DNA of 32,000 bases, from assembly GCA_965224465.1 (NCBI GenBank), contig OZ245049.1, forward strand, positions 240,001 to 272,000. The letters run 5' to 3'. The DNA comes from Flavobacteriaceae bacterium. GTDB taxonomy: Bacteria; Bacteroidota; Bacteroidia; Flavobacteriales; Flavobacteriaceae. Position 1 is the first letter of the stretch; every line of letters begins with the position of its first letter. Under the pieces are notes generated by a model that was not told the DNA's origin, did no database searches, and saw only the letters and a program-made list of their open reading frames with translations. Position numbers and translations under genes: made by a program. Positions 1 through 9,576 of this stretch are shown here, one piece after another.

Positions 1-1
1 A

Positions 2-550
2 CCTAGTTGTAAAGATTTGTTGGCAGAATTTCCAAATCTAGGAAATGGTGTTTACTGGATAGATCCCGATGGTTTAAATACAGGAGAAGACCCAATACAA
101 TGTAATTGCGATATGATTAATGGTGGTTGGACTCTATTAGATGGTTTTTCTGATAACAATAATTCTTCCGAATACACCAATGCAATGGGAAATGTTAATA
201 TCAGTAACAAAACGGAACTGTCTGATTCGGGGTACACCTTTAATGCGAATATTCTGATAAATCCATCAACAAATAATTTAAATGAATACTTAAGCTTTAA
301 ACTACTATGGGCAAATAGTTATATTAAAAAGAAATTACCAATAAGATTTAATGAAGTTCGAGTTTTATATGGAAGAAACTATTGGGCAGGTAGCGTTAAC
401 GTATTAGTAAATAATGTAAAGGTAAGTTCTTTACCTAGCAGTAATACACAATATAACGTATACGAGGGTACATATAATTCAAATGAGTACATACGTATTG
501 AAGAGAGAGATAATTGTGTTGGGGCAGTTAATTCTATTTGGGTTAAATAA
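2..550 (+). CDS. 5'-truncated protein whose visible start resembles the opening of a fibrinogen-related / fibrillar-collagen C-terminal globular domain
   Basis: The frame is open from the window edge. It reads ..SCKDLLAEFPNLGNGVYWIDPDGLNTGEDPIQCNCDMINGGWTLL, similar to the CKDLL..G.Y.IDP....V.CDM...GGGWT opening of FReD/COLFI domains. The remaining ~130 aa (Asn/Ser-rich) are not recognisable. TAA stop at 548..550. Confidence 0.45.
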   Translation, partial: PSCKDLLAEFPNLGNGVYWIDPDGLNTGEDPIQCNCDMINGGWTLLDGFSDNNNSSEYTNAMGNVNISNKTELSDSGYTFNANILINPSTNNLNEYLSFKLLWANSYIKKKLPIRFNEVRVLYGRNYWAGSVNVLVNNVKVSSLPSSNTQYNVYEGTYNSNEYIRIEERDNCVGAVNSIWVK

Positions 551-612
551 ATAGGCGGATTTTTTTAAGGTGGAAGCTGTTATACCAAATACATTTCCAA
601 GTGTAGGTCTAG

Positions 613-682
613 AAATGGAATTAATTTTTTTGTTTTTTAACAAGGTCAGCACGTAAAACAACCTATTTATATCGGTCATTTT
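613..682 (-). repeat. Repeat X copy 1: 5' fragment of an HTH-regulator-like ORF (MTDINRLFYVLTLLKNKKINSISRPTLGNVFGITASTLKK)
   Basis: The core gcacgtaaaacaacctatttatatcggtcatttt recurs at about 1024..1128, 10633..10728 and 28391..28490. The minus-strand translation looks like a DeoR/WYL-type N-terminal HTH. The ORF runs into the 3' end of the preceding gene, so it is a remnant. Confidence 0.5.
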
Positions 683-873
683 GAATTTTAATTAAATTAA
701 TGGTTTACGTGATTGTATCTAGCAGAAGGATCTATCAAAACAATAGCCATTGGACGCGAAAATTATTTAGTTGACAAAGTCATAATGCTGTAAAAAATGA
801 GGCCATGTTTCACCTCTTTTTTGGAACTTGTAAAAAGCATCAGGTAATCCTAGATTATAAGCTTAACAATTTA

Positions 874-903
874 AACCTCGATTAATAAATCGAGGTTTTT
901 TTA
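874..903 (+). terminator. Rho-independent terminator-like hairpin (aacctcgat / atcgaggtt) followed by a T-run
   Basis: A perfect 9-bp stem with a 6-nt loop, then ttttttt. No annotated ORF ends nearby, so it may terminate a small unannotated transcript. Confidence 0.45.
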
Positions 904-1023
904 TGTGTTTTTAATCCCACCAGTGGGTTTAATTCCCCGTTGCTTGCGTCGAAATAATTAAGGTTTTTTCTTTTTCATGCCTCGAGGTTATTGACTTCAT
1001 ATGAACTTCCTCGGACGTTTAAG

Positions 1024-1128
1024 AATGGAATTATTTTTTTTAGCTAGGCGGAAATTATAAAGATAGCCATAGCTATCGTTCTGTTTATCAACAACACTAG
1101 CACGGAAAGCAACCTATTTATATCGGGG
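1024..1128 (-). repeat. Repeat X copy 2 (start codon lost)
   Basis: Aligns with 10633..10728 and more loosely with copies 1 and 4. The ATGACC of the ORF start is replaced by ctcccc. Confidence 0.5.
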
Positions 1129-1526
1129 AGAGTAAAAACTAAGTGATTGTAAATTAACTTAATACTTGATTTAAGAGAATGTGAGGTATTTTATAAAAAA
1201 AATAGTACTACAACAATCTAGTACATACTCATGCTGGCGCTCTTTTTGTTTTATATCGCTGTATTTTTTAATTAATTTATTTGGTAAAAAGAAATTAAAC
1301 TACTAATTTGGTGATAGATATGGCGATTTAGAATCTTATTCTTCTTTCCAAAATAAACTGTTATATAATATCTATGCTCCGTATTTTCTTTACGAAAGCT
1401 TTAAAAATTTCAATTTTTTTGTTCGAGAATTTGTTCTAAACGCACCATATAAAATCAAAATACTTTTATAGGAGTAAAAAGGTGGATTGATTTTAAAAAA
1501 GAATTGCTAATTTAAATAAAAAATTA

Positions 1527-1727
1527 ATGGGATCATTTAGAGCTCACCTAGAATTAGGTGGTACCAAATTTGACGTGCTTTTTTCAGAGTACACATTCAG
1601 TCGTTCAACAGACAAAAAAGAAAAAGTATCTTCCAATGTAATCGGTACACTAAAAAACAGTCAAAAAAGGAGTGAGCAGTTGCTTTACTCCTTTTTTTGT
1701 ATTGGGAATTGTTTGCTTTTTGAATAA
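1527..1727 (+). pseudogene. hcp: hcp (tssD) remnant with an internal deletion
   Basis: The first ~40 codons (MGSFRAHLELGGTKFDVLFSEYTFSRSTDKKEKVSSNVIG) match hcp at 11128. The sequence then jumps directly into the post-hcp terminator sequence (ctaaaaaacagtcaaaaaaggagtgagcag). Confidence 0.85.
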
Positions 1728-1827
1728 AAACGTACACTTTTCTACAGTGTTAAATAACAAAATACAAGAGGGATCCCCATAGTTTTTCTAGCTTTAGTAA
1801 TAAAAATAATTGCAAAAAAAAAGAGAT

Positions 1828-2049
1828 ATGAGTGCACCAAAAACCAGCCTAAGTATAGACGGGAAAACCATTACAAGTTTTACTAAAATACACTTAGTTC
1901 AAAAAATAAATGACCATCATTTTTTTGAAATTATTTTAGACAATGATGTGGTAGAAGAAACCGGAGGACATACCATAGATAAATCGAAGGATTGGCTAGG
2001 GAAATCATTAATTATAACTTTTGGCACCGTCGATTTCTTAGGTTATATA
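1828..2049 (+). pseudogene. vgrG: vgrG 5' fragment (first ~74 codons)
   Basis: Identical N-terminus MSAPKTSLSIDGKTITSFTKIHLVQ... to vgrG at 11712. Homology breaks at 2049, about 100 bp before the IS3-family inverted repeat. Confidence 0.85.
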
Positions 2050-2165
2050 GGGTTGGTATAGAGCTTTTTACTGGTAGTGAAGGGGTTTGGTCTTACTACA
2101 AAAGTATTAAGTTGGGTGTTTCAAATTATTGGTATGGAGTTCCTAATAAATATGTGACTATTTTA

Positions 2166-3086
2166 CTAAGCCACTTTCTTAATTTCCTTTTTTAGTTTTA
2201 TTTCCATTTCAAGCGGTGATAAATACCCTAAACTTGAATGTAATCTTTTGATATTGTACCAAGAGATATATTCATTTATCGACTCGTGTAATTGCAGATA
2301 TGACATGTACTTGAAACGATAGAGCCACTCATACTTTATGGATTTAAAAAAGCTCTCAGCAACAGCATTATCCCAACAATTACCTTTTCTACTCATGCTC
2401 TGTGTTATTTTCTGATTAAAATATAAAATAGCAGTCATTTTATTAGATGCGTATTGCACTCCTCTGTCTGAATGAAAGATAAACCCTGGATTAATAGCTC
2501 TTGTTCTTCTAGCCGCAATCCACGCTTTTACAATAGTGTTTTGGGTGGTCATGTCCTCACTTAAAGACCATCCTACCACTTTTCTGTCAGCTAAATCAAT
2601 TATCGTGGTTAAGTAATTCCAATCATCATTTACGCGTATATAGGTGATGTCTGACACCCATTTATCTCCTATTTTCAAACTGGTAAACTCTCTGTTTAAT
2701 ATATTTTTAGCAATAGGATAATCGTGTTTAGAGTCTGTAGTTACCACAAAAGCCTTCTTCAGAACACTTCGCAGACCCATCTCTTTCATCAACAGCGCCA
2801 CGTAAGAACGGCAATAATACACTCCTTCTCGCTCCAATGCTTTTTGAATTCTATGACTCCCATAGATCTCTTTACTTTCGATAAAATGATAGGTAATCCT
2901 ATCCATCAAGTCTACTTTAGCAGTATTCTGTACGCTGGAACCGTTATTGTTTACCCAGTGATAATATGCGTTTTTACTAACGCGCATGGATTTACACATC
3001 TTTTCAACAGGGAAGGATACTCCATTATTAAAAATGAATTTATACCTTATCTGTCGCTCTTGGAAAAGATGCCTACCGCCTTTTTT
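2166..3086 (-). CDS. IS3-family transposase OrfB (DDE), probably made as an OrfAB fusion by -1 frameshift
   Basis: The -1 frame after the slippery site reads KKGGRHLFQERQIRYKFIFNNGVSFPVEKMCKSMRVSKNAYYHW and continues into the DDE region (WVSDITY.., HSDRGVQY.., CWDNAVAESFF). The track ORF begins at Met 2999. Confidence 0.8.
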   Translation of the reverse strand, partial: KKGGRHLFQERQIRYKFIFNNGVSFPVEKMCKSMRVSKNAYYHWVNNNGSSVQNTAKVDLMDRITYHFIESKEIYGSHRIQKALEREGVYYCRSYVALLMKEMGLRSVLKKAFVVTTDSKHDYPIAKNILNREFTSLKIGDKWVSDITYIRVNDDWNYLTTIIDLADRKVVGWSLSEDMTTQNTIVKAWIAARRTRAINPGFIFHSDRGVQYASNKMTAILYFNQKITQSMSRKGNCWDNAVAESFFKSIKYEWLYRFKYMSYLQLHESINEYISWYNIKRLHSSLGYLSPLEMEIKLKKEIKKVA

Positions 3087-3331
3087 AATATATCACGCTC
3101 CATAGTTACGTTACGAAGTTCCTTTTTTAACGCCTTTAGCTCCACTTCTTCATTGGTTAACTCTTTCTTTTTAGAAAAGTCACCCGATTTAATCTCGTAT
3201 TCTCGCTTCCAGCGAGATATCATACTTACATCCAACTCGTAATCTGTACTAATCTGTTTTGATTTCATTCCGGACTTTAATAGTTCTACTATCATTACCT
3301 TGAACTCATTATCATGCTTTTTTCTTCCCAT
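3047..3331 (-). CDS. IS3-family transposase OrfA (HTH)
   Basis: 94 aa, MGRKKHDNEFKVMIVELLKSG.., with a leucine-zipper-like C-terminus. This is a typical IS3 OrfA. Confidence 0.85.
   Translation of the reverse strand: MGRKKHDNEFKVMIVELLKSGMKSKQISTDYELDVSMISRWKREYEIKSGDFSKKKELTNEEVELKALKKELRNVTMERDILKKAVGIFSKSDR
3080..3086 (-). promoter_or_regulatory. A_AAA_AAG programmed -1 ribosomal frameshift heptamer
   Basis: The minus strand reads tta aaa aag in the orfA zero frame, which is the canonical IS3 slippery motif. Confidence 0.7.
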
Positions 3332-3568
3332 AATTCAAATATATAAATTTATAGGCTTAATAAAACCGTCACAACAAATGTAGACACTCCAGTAACTCTC
3401 CTTTAGTATTACCCGCTAAATAATTTTATAACCTAAGAGGGCCAATTAAATTATCTAAAGCTAAATATATACGCTATACGTCTGAAATTGGACAGAATGG
3501 CAAGTTTTATTATATAAAAGATAAAGATATTCAAAATAAATAAAACGATAACATAATTAAATAAACAC

Positions 3569-3889
3569 ATGAAAAAACGATGTATTCTATTTTTGCTGAG
3601 CACTTTATTAAGCTGTGCTAAGTACCCACATGTTCCTTATTTGGTAGGGGAAAGTCATTTTAATATTGACACCATTAAAAGAATGGCTCCTTATAAAATG
3701 AGTAATGATGTTTTAGCTGAAAATGAGTATGCAATTTACAATTTACCTCCAAATATTTCAGGTGTAAATAAACGAAAAGATTGGGGAGTTATCGTGGAAA
3801 AACACAAGGCTTATTTGATCTATTCGTATAGCGTAAAAGACGATAATATATATATCGGGGGGTTACTAAATGGAATGATAAAAAAATAA
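3569..3889 (+). CDS. Small lipoprotein, possible orphan immunity protein
   Basis: MKKRCILFLLSTLLSC has a signal peptide plus lipobox Cys. Function unknown, suggested by context only. Confidence 0.55.
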   Translation: MKKRCILFLLSTLLSCAKYPHVPYLVGESHFNIDTIKRMAPYKMSNDVLAENEYAIYNLPPNISGVNKRKDWGVIVEKHKAYLIYSYSVKDDNIYIGGLLNGMIKK

Positions 3890-3897
3890 CCACCACC

Positions 3898-4170
3898 ATG
3901 GAGTTGTCTAACTTTTTTGAATTGTTAAAGGAAGAGGGGATTGATGAGAAGGACTGTGAAATAATAAAAGAAAGTACTTGGGACAGGGTGCATATAAGAG
4001 ATGTTTTATTGCTTTATAAAGGAGTAAAACATAATATTAGATTAGGAAGAAGTGAAATTTCTATTAAATCATATCTAAAGTCTGATGAAGCATACTGGGA
4101 GAGTCAGGGAAATTTTATGTTTGACACATCAGCAGATATTAGAGAGAAATGGAGAAAAGAACATGATTAA
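3898..4170 (+). CDS. Hypothetical 90-aa cytoplasmic protein
   Basis: An ORF 8 nt after the preceding gene. No recognisable motif. Confidence 0.4.
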   Translation: MELSNFFELLKEEGIDEKDCEIIKESTWDRVHIRDVLLLYKGVKHNIRLGRSEISIKSYLKSDEAYWESQGNFMFDTSADIREKWRKEHD

Positions 4171-4311
4171 ATAAACACAGAAACACTATAATATGGGTGG
4201 ATGACAAGACAGCAGTTATACAGAAACTAAAACAAGTAATGAATGAGGAGGTTTGTATAAAAATTTAAAAGGAAAAGTGACCGAAATTCCGACACAATTT
4301 AATATTAGGTA

Positions 4312-5883
4312 CTCAAGTTTCGCACTTAGATAGATTTACGCAACCTCTTGATAGTTAAGCTTGTGGGTATTCACTAGGAATCCAAAATCTTCAATATTCG
4401 CTATTATTTTACGTGTAACCATTTCAACATCAATAGATTCAATCATCTTTTCCAAAATGTCAATCACCAAGCTGATAACTGCTAATATCCTGATGTTTAG
4501 CTTATTCTCTATATAATCTTGTTTTAAATCTTTAAACAAGCCTCCTATAGTTTCGTAGGCTTCCATTCTATATCGAATACTGGTGAGTAAATATTGAACC
4601 ATTATAATGCTTATTTGTGCGATTTGAATATCGAAATTAGTAGACTGACATTTTCCAAGACCAAACAACTGCTTAGCTTCTTTAAAAAACACTTCTATGG
4701 ACCATCTGATACTGTATATTTCAATAGCCTTTACAAATTTCAGTGTTGTATCCGTTGATATTAACGTGTGCCATTTGCCATTCTTTCCACGTTTTGAAAT
4801 AAATACAGCAACCTTAAGACCATCAATTTCAGTTATGTAATGATGGTAGTAATAATTGAATTTACGGCATCGTTTTGGTTTTATTTTCTGTTTTTTGAGT
4901 TGTGACAACGTTTTTATCTTTGATCGAACTTCAATCTTACTGTTGTATTTATACATCCCAATAATATGAGTTGAACTACTAATGTTCCGTAGCTTTCTAA
5001 GTAATTTAACACTTGTAAACCAGGTGTCTATTAAGATGTAATCTATGGGGATTTTACGTTTTACAAGCCTTGAGAACATTTGAACTAGCAGGTCTGTTTT
5101 CTTTTTATTGAGTTCCTGATACCTCTTTGCTGCAATTGTTTTACTACATCTTGGAGTTTTCTTTTGAAGCCTACGTTGCTTCGCCGTTAGACCGTATTTT
5201 AATTTTGATGTTTTACTTTCACGATGCAAACTAAAGTCAACAGGGATAAATACACTTCCATTCCAATAACCAGCTACAAGTAGCTTAAAGCCTAGGTAAT
5301 ACGTTTTTGACACATGGTTGTATATTTTTGAAACACCTTCAATTGTCTTTCCTGTTTTAGAAAGATCAGTATCGTCAAAGATCAAGCACTTTGTAGCGTC
5401 TTGAGATGGAGTAAAGAACTCTTCTTTTAATAGATATTGCTTCACAAACTGAGCTAGAAAAACCCTCCAATTTATCTTTTGATTTGCTAGGATTCGATAG
5501 TATGAATCTTTACCCGACTGACCTAATCCCTTGTCTTTACTACTTGTAAGTCCATGAATAGAATCAAATCCGATAATAGGTAAAATTAAAAGTGTAGAGA
5601 TTAAATTACCGAATGAAATCCCCGATTTCTTACACCAACTAAACTTGTTTTTAATTTTATTGAATCCTAAAATATTTAGATGTGCTTGTAGGTATTCTGA
5701 ACTAAGCCAAATCTTATTAAATTTTCCTTTTATCTCCTGTGTTTTTGTGATATCTTCGTGTTCTAGCATGTTTTGTACTTTCTTGTTCGTACTTAAAAGT
5801 ACAATAAAACCAGGGGATTACCTTGGTTTTCATGCTATTTATTTTTACTTAAACACCTGTAAATGATGGGTGCGAAACTTGAG
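4312..5883 (-). mobile_element. IS4/IS1634-like insertion sequence (1572 bp) with a 7-bp target-site duplication
   Basis: Perfect 14-bp terminal inverted repeats: ctcaagtttcgcac (4312..4325) and gtgcgaaacttgag (5870..5883). Flanking direct repeats ttaggta lie at 4305..4311 and 5884..5890. Confidence 0.85.
4336..5769 (-). CDS. DDE transposase (IS4 superfamily type)
   Basis: 477 aa with ..YILIDTWFTS.. and a C-terminal ..IRWSIEVFFKEAKQLFGLGKCQS.. motif, typical of DDE_Tnp_1 transposases. Confidence 0.75.
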   Translation of the reverse strand: MLEHEDITKTQEIKGKFNKIWLSSEYLQAHLNILGFNKIKNKFSWCKKSGISFGNLISTLLILPIIGFDSIHGLTSSKDKGLGQSGKDSYYRILANQKINWRVFLAQFVKQYLLKEEFFTPSQDATKCLIFDDTDLSKTGKTIEGVSKIYNHVSKTYYLGFKLLVAGYWNGSVFIPVDFSLHRESKTSKLKYGLTAKQRRLQKKTPRCSKTIAAKRYQELNKKKTDLLVQMFSRLVKRKIPIDYILIDTWFTSVKLLRKLRNISSSTHIIGMYKYNSKIEVRSKIKTLSQLKKQKIKPKRCRKFNYYYHHYITEIDGLKVAVFISKRGKNGKWHTLISTDTTLKFVKAIEIYSIRWSIEVFFKEAKQLFGLGKCQSTNFDIQIAQISIIMVQYLLTSIRYRMEAYETIGGLFKDLKQDYIENKLNIRILAVISLVIDILEKMIESIDVEMVTRKIIANIEDFGFLVNTHKLNYQEVA

Positions 5884-6637
5884 TTAGGTATATAGGTTTG
5901 TTCGATACAGTGGCAGCAGTACTAAAAATAGATGCGGGGGATTTTTTTACCGATGATGCCTCACATCATGGTATAGATTTAGATGTATCGGGACTAAACG
6001 CACAGCAAGTAGTGTAGTCCATTTAACAGCACAAGACGAGCATCGTAAAAACTTTTCTTTAAATAGCATAAATACGGGCTATACCTTTAGCATGTACGGT
6101 GTACACTCCGATATTGGTGGCGGTTATAATACCGGAATTGAAACAGTAATTTTAGGCCATGGTACAAAAGCAAGCGATAAGACAAGGTTAGAAAACGAAC
6201 GTTTACAATGGATTAAAGAGGGATGGTATTTGGAAGGGGAAATAACAGTAGAAGATAAGAGTGTGAGTACTAGAAAAAAAGTTCGACAAGGTACTCTTAT
6301 TACTACTATAAAACATAGTTACTTGTTAATAGGCACTAAGAAAGTGTTTAAGGACTATACCTTTATCCCATTGCATATTATGCATTTATTGGCTAAAAAT
6401 AGCAATGTTCCTTTTAAGGGGGTGAAAAAAGAGCATAAAGTATCTGATGATTTAGAAAAAATACACGAAATATATAAAACGATTGTGCGTACAGAACAAA
6501 CACCAGAAATAAGCTATGATGATTTTAGATTACTACGCCGTAAATACATCCATCAATCAGCAAATTTCAACCCTATACTTGGGATGTATCCTAATGTCCC
6601 AACTAAAGAACGTAGTGAATTTGAGAATTAAAGAATT

Positions 6638-7267
6638 ATGAAAAAAACAGTATTAGTTATCGTGTTGTTAAGCATTTTTTCATGTGAAAAAACATACGAT
6701 TGGTCGCCTTCAGAAAGTGCACCTAAACACTATCCTGCAAAAATATTACAAAATTACTATCAGTATAAAAATGGAAAAGGTCTAAACATTCCAGGAAGAA
6801 CTGCAGGAGGGAGTGGTTGGGGATTTCCTGGTGGAGTTTACTCTGTAGGAAGTGAATTTAAACCTGTACCAGATAGTTTATTTGTACATTGGTTTTCGGC
6901 AGCAGAAGGTAAATTTTATAAAGGGGCTTTTAAACTACCTGAGAGAAAAATTGATAGTGCTTTAAATGCAGGGAGAAGTATATATATCTATACAGGCTTT
7001 GCTCCACATGGTAGCGTTGTTGTTTTTATGGATGGTGATGGATATATGTATAGTGATGCATTTCAAATTGCACGCTTTAGAGCAAAAGAAGACACTACAT
7101 TAACTCCTCAAAAGTTTTTACTAAATGCAACGAATGTGAAAAATGAGGTAGAGTTTGAAATAAAATATGGACGTCCTTTGTATACAAATCAAGAAATTAT
7201 GATGGATTATATGAGTAAAGAAGATAGTATTTATGTTCGTAAACATGGTATTCCAGATAAATGGTAA
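6638..7267 (+). CDS. Lipoprotein, a short paralog of the amplified Tli-like family and probable cognate immunity of the decayed Tle1-like gene
   Basis: MKKTVLVIVLLSIFSC has a lipobox. GGSGWGFPGGVYSVGSEFKPVPDSLFVHWFSAAEGKFYKGAFKLPERKID aligns with GYGWGLGGTLTG.ISEKRPLPKQLDLVWMSYVENQFYEGHFELDHQKI in the array copies. It starts 6 nt after the pseudogene stop. Confidence 0.65.
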   Translation: MKKTVLVIVLLSIFSCEKTYDWSPSESAPKHYPAKILQNYYQYKNGKGLNIPGRTAGGSGWGFPGGVYSVGSEFKPVPDSLFVHWFSAAEGKFYKGAFKLPERKIDSALNAGRSIYIYTGFAPHGSVVVFMDGDGYMYSDAFQIARFRAKEDTTLTPQKFLLNATNVKNEVEFEIKYGRPLYTNQEIMMDYMSKEDSIYVRKHGIPDKW

Positions 7268-7378
7268 TAATTAAAATAAGATTAGTTCGGATGTTTTTAG
7301 TTTTTTTATGTAAAACCATACAATTAGTTACTTTCCAAATGTTCCTACAAACATTATTATGTGAAATACAATAAAGGT

Positions 7379-8425
7379 ATGAATAAAAAAACAGCAATAT
7401 GCGTAACGTTATGCTTTGTGTTACTATTAATAAACTGTAAAAGTAATAAAATGGAGAAAGAATATATATGGATGGTATCTGCGGATGCTGCAAAAGGTTT
7501 TCCCGCAACCTTTCATTATGGTTATTTAGGTGATACAGGAATAAGAGGAGGAGGAGTTTTGGGTTATGGTTGGGGTTTAGGAGGGACTTTGACAGGGTTT
7601 ATATCCGAAAAGAGACCCTTACCTAAGCAATTGGACCTGGTCTGGATGTCTTATGTAGAAAACCAGTTTTATGAAGGACATTTTGAATTGGATCATCAAA
7701 AAATAGCCGCTATTTTTGAAAAAGGCTATAAAAATGATACCGACAAAGGAGTTGTAATGGACCATGAATTCACTTTTAGAATAAACGTGGCTCCTGGAGG
7801 CACCGTGGCTATTTGGTTAATGGGACAATATGGTTTTCAACGGGAAGTGGGCTTTTACCAAGCAAAAAAAACTTCGGTTGTATGGAGGGAATTTGTACCG
7901 ACTGGATTACAAGATAGAGCATTGTATGTAAAAGAAACGTTGGAAGAAGAACTAACAAAAAAACAGCTTGAGAAATACCAATCAGAAGGTATTCCTTATG
8001 AGAAATGGAAAAATTACCGGCAGCAATTTGAATGGAAAGTTTCTATTGAAGGAAGCTCAAGAGTGATATTCTTAAATTCGGAAACATTTAATGGAGAACA
8101 ATATACTTTAAAAAGTTTTTTTTAAAATATTAACGAAGAGTATATTACATCTGCACTTCCTAGACGATTAGGAATGCAATGGGAGGAAGACCCTACAAAG
8201 GAGGAGATGTTTACTGCATCATTAAAAATAAAGGAAAATGATTTTAAAAAACTAACAAGACTTTTTAAAGAAAATAATAGCAAAGGACATTTTGTGATAA
8301 CACCTTATATGGCTAAAAACGTAAAAAAAGTAAGGTTGTTTTTAGTTACAGGTACTAAAAAGGAAGAATTAGAATTAGAGGAGAATACGGTGCGTCATTT
8401 TCCTGATTATTATAAAAACAAATAG
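7379..8425 (+). pseudogene. Tli-like lipoprotein copy A, with an in-frame TAA at 8123..8125
   Basis: Lipobox LLLINC. The reading frame is the same before and after the stop (7379 and 8174 are both in phase). The stop lies in a divergent segment, KSFF*NINEEYITSALPRRLG, where intact copies read KDVFLDIDNNVIKAALPKELG. Confidence 0.8.
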
Positions 8426-8477
8426 ATTATGAGCGGAATTATTTTTGGAGACTACGAGCCATTAGTACAATAAAGGT

Positions 8478-9524
8478 ATGAATAAAAAAACAGCAATATG
8501 CGTAACGTTATGCTTTGTGTTACTATTAATAAACTGTAAAAGTAATAAAATGGAGAAAGATTATATATGGATGGTATCTGCGGATGCTGCAAAAGGTTTT
8601 CCCGCAACCTTTCATTATGGTTATTTAGGTGATACAGGAATAAGAGGAGGAGGAGTTTTGGGTTATGGTTGGGGTTTAGGAGGGACTTTGACAGGGTTTA
8701 TATCCGAAAAGAGACCCTTACCTAAGCAATTGGACCTGGTCTGGATGTCTTATGTAGAAAACCAGTTTTATGAAGGACATTTTGAATTGGATCATCAAAA
8801 AATAGCCGCTATTTTTGAAAAAGGCTATAAAAATGATACCGACAAAGGAGTTGTAATGGATCATGAATTCACTTTTAGAATAAACGTGGCTCCTGGAGGC
8901 ACCGTGGCTATTTGGTTAATGTGACAATATGGTTTTCAACGGGAAGTGGGCTTTTACCAAGCAAAAAAAACATCGGTTGTATGGAGGGAATTTGTTCCGA
9001 ATGGATTGCAAGATAGAGCATTGTATGTGTCAAATAGACTAAAAAAACGTGTAACAAAAAAACAACTCGAGCAATACCAAAACGAAGGCATTCCTTATGA
9101 GAAATGGAAAAATTACCGACAGCAATTTGAATGGAAAGTTTCTATTGAAAGAAGCTCAAGAGTGATATTCTTAAATTCGGAAACATTTAATGGAGAGCAA
9201 TATACCTTGAAAGATGTTTTTTTAGATATTGATAATAATGTAATAAAAGCAGCTTTACCCAAAGAGTTAGGAATGCAATGGGAGGAAGATCCGGCAAAGG
9301 AGGAGATGTTTACTGCATCATTAAAAATAAAGGAAAATGATTTTAAAAAACTAACAAGACTTTTTAAAGAAAATAATTCCAAAGGACATTTTGTGATAAC
9401 ACCTTATATGGCTAAAAACGTAAAAAAAGTAAGGTTGTTTTTAGTTACAGGTACTAAAAAGGAAGAATTGGAATTAGAGGAGAATACGGTGCGTCATTTT
9501 CCTGATTATTATAAAAACAAATAG
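8478..9524 (+). pseudogene. Tli-like lipoprotein copy B, with an in-frame TGA at 8922..8924
   Basis: ttaatgTgacaatatgg here versus ttaatgGgacaatatgg in all the other copies. This is a single G>T change (GGA Gly to TGA). Confidence 0.8.
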
Positions 9525-9576
9525 ATTATGAGCGGAATTTTTTTTGGAGACTACGAGCCATTAGTACAATAAAGGT

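Larger units (their letters stand above)
1024..2049 (+). repeat. Decayed segmental duplicate of 10629..11933 (repeat X, hcp upstream region, hcp, vgrG 5' end)
   Basis: Near-identical by eye along its whole length, except for a ~280-bp internal deletion in hcp. Identity ends at 2049, which corresponds to 11933. Confidence 0.9.
2153..3373 (-). mobile_element. IS3-family insertion sequence (about 1.2 kb)
   Basis: Terminal inverted repeats are tgtgactattttactaagcc (2153..2172) and the reverse complement of 3354..3373, tgtgacggttttattaagcc (17/20 match, TG..CA ends). The orfA/orfB arrangement and an A6G slippery site are present. Confidence 0.85.
4250..6631 (+). pseudogene. Tle1-like (DUF2235) lipase effector pseudogene: N-terminally truncated, split by an IS, and frameshifted
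   Basis: After removing the IS and one target-duplication copy, the frame reads ..KGKVTEIPTQFNIRYIGLFDTVAAV.., parallel to IEIRFAGLYDTVSSY in the intact gene at 16297. There is a TAG at 6015..6017. The frame then shifts to VHLTAQDEHRKNFSLNSINTGYTFSMYGVHSDIGGGY.. (compare IHLIAQDEIRYNFDL..FPGVHSDIGGGY). The GFSRGA serine-motif region is absent. Confidence 0.8.

Noticed and set aside
1992-2195. 67-aa ORF spanning the 102-bp unexplained segment (2050..2152) between the vgrG' breakpoint and the IS3 inverted repeat
   Set aside because: It crosses the IS boundary, so it cannot be a native gene. The 102 bp may be a remnant of another element, but I found no matching sequence in the window to support any call.
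2724-3242. 172-aa plus-strand ORF inside the IS3 element
   Set aside because: It is antisense to the orfA/orfB transposase frames, which have clear family motifs.
3421-3543. 40-codon open tail (NFITLRGPIKLSKAKYIRYTSEIGQNGKFYYIKDKDIQNK*) just before the lipoprotein gene, possibly the 3' end of a lost effector
   Set aside because: It is too short, and it has no start, no motif and no paralog in the window. It is context-only speculation.
7197-7508. 103-aa minus ORF and the 7361 start (MKYNKG..) for copy A
   Set aside because: The minus ORF overlaps two plus-strand genes and is low complexity. The other four copies show that the conserved start is the ATG at 7379.
8922-8924. TGA replacing a GGA Gly codon in copy B could hint at TGA=Gly recoding (genetic code 25). 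No gene in the window ends in TGA.
   Set aside because: The gene content is Flavobacteriia-like, not Gracilibacteria/SR1. The other in-frame TGA (29942..29944, ParD remnant) sits where Arg is expected. TAA/TAG dominance is normal in AT-rich genomes. Copies A and C are closed by TAA. A single G>T mutation is the simpler explanation.
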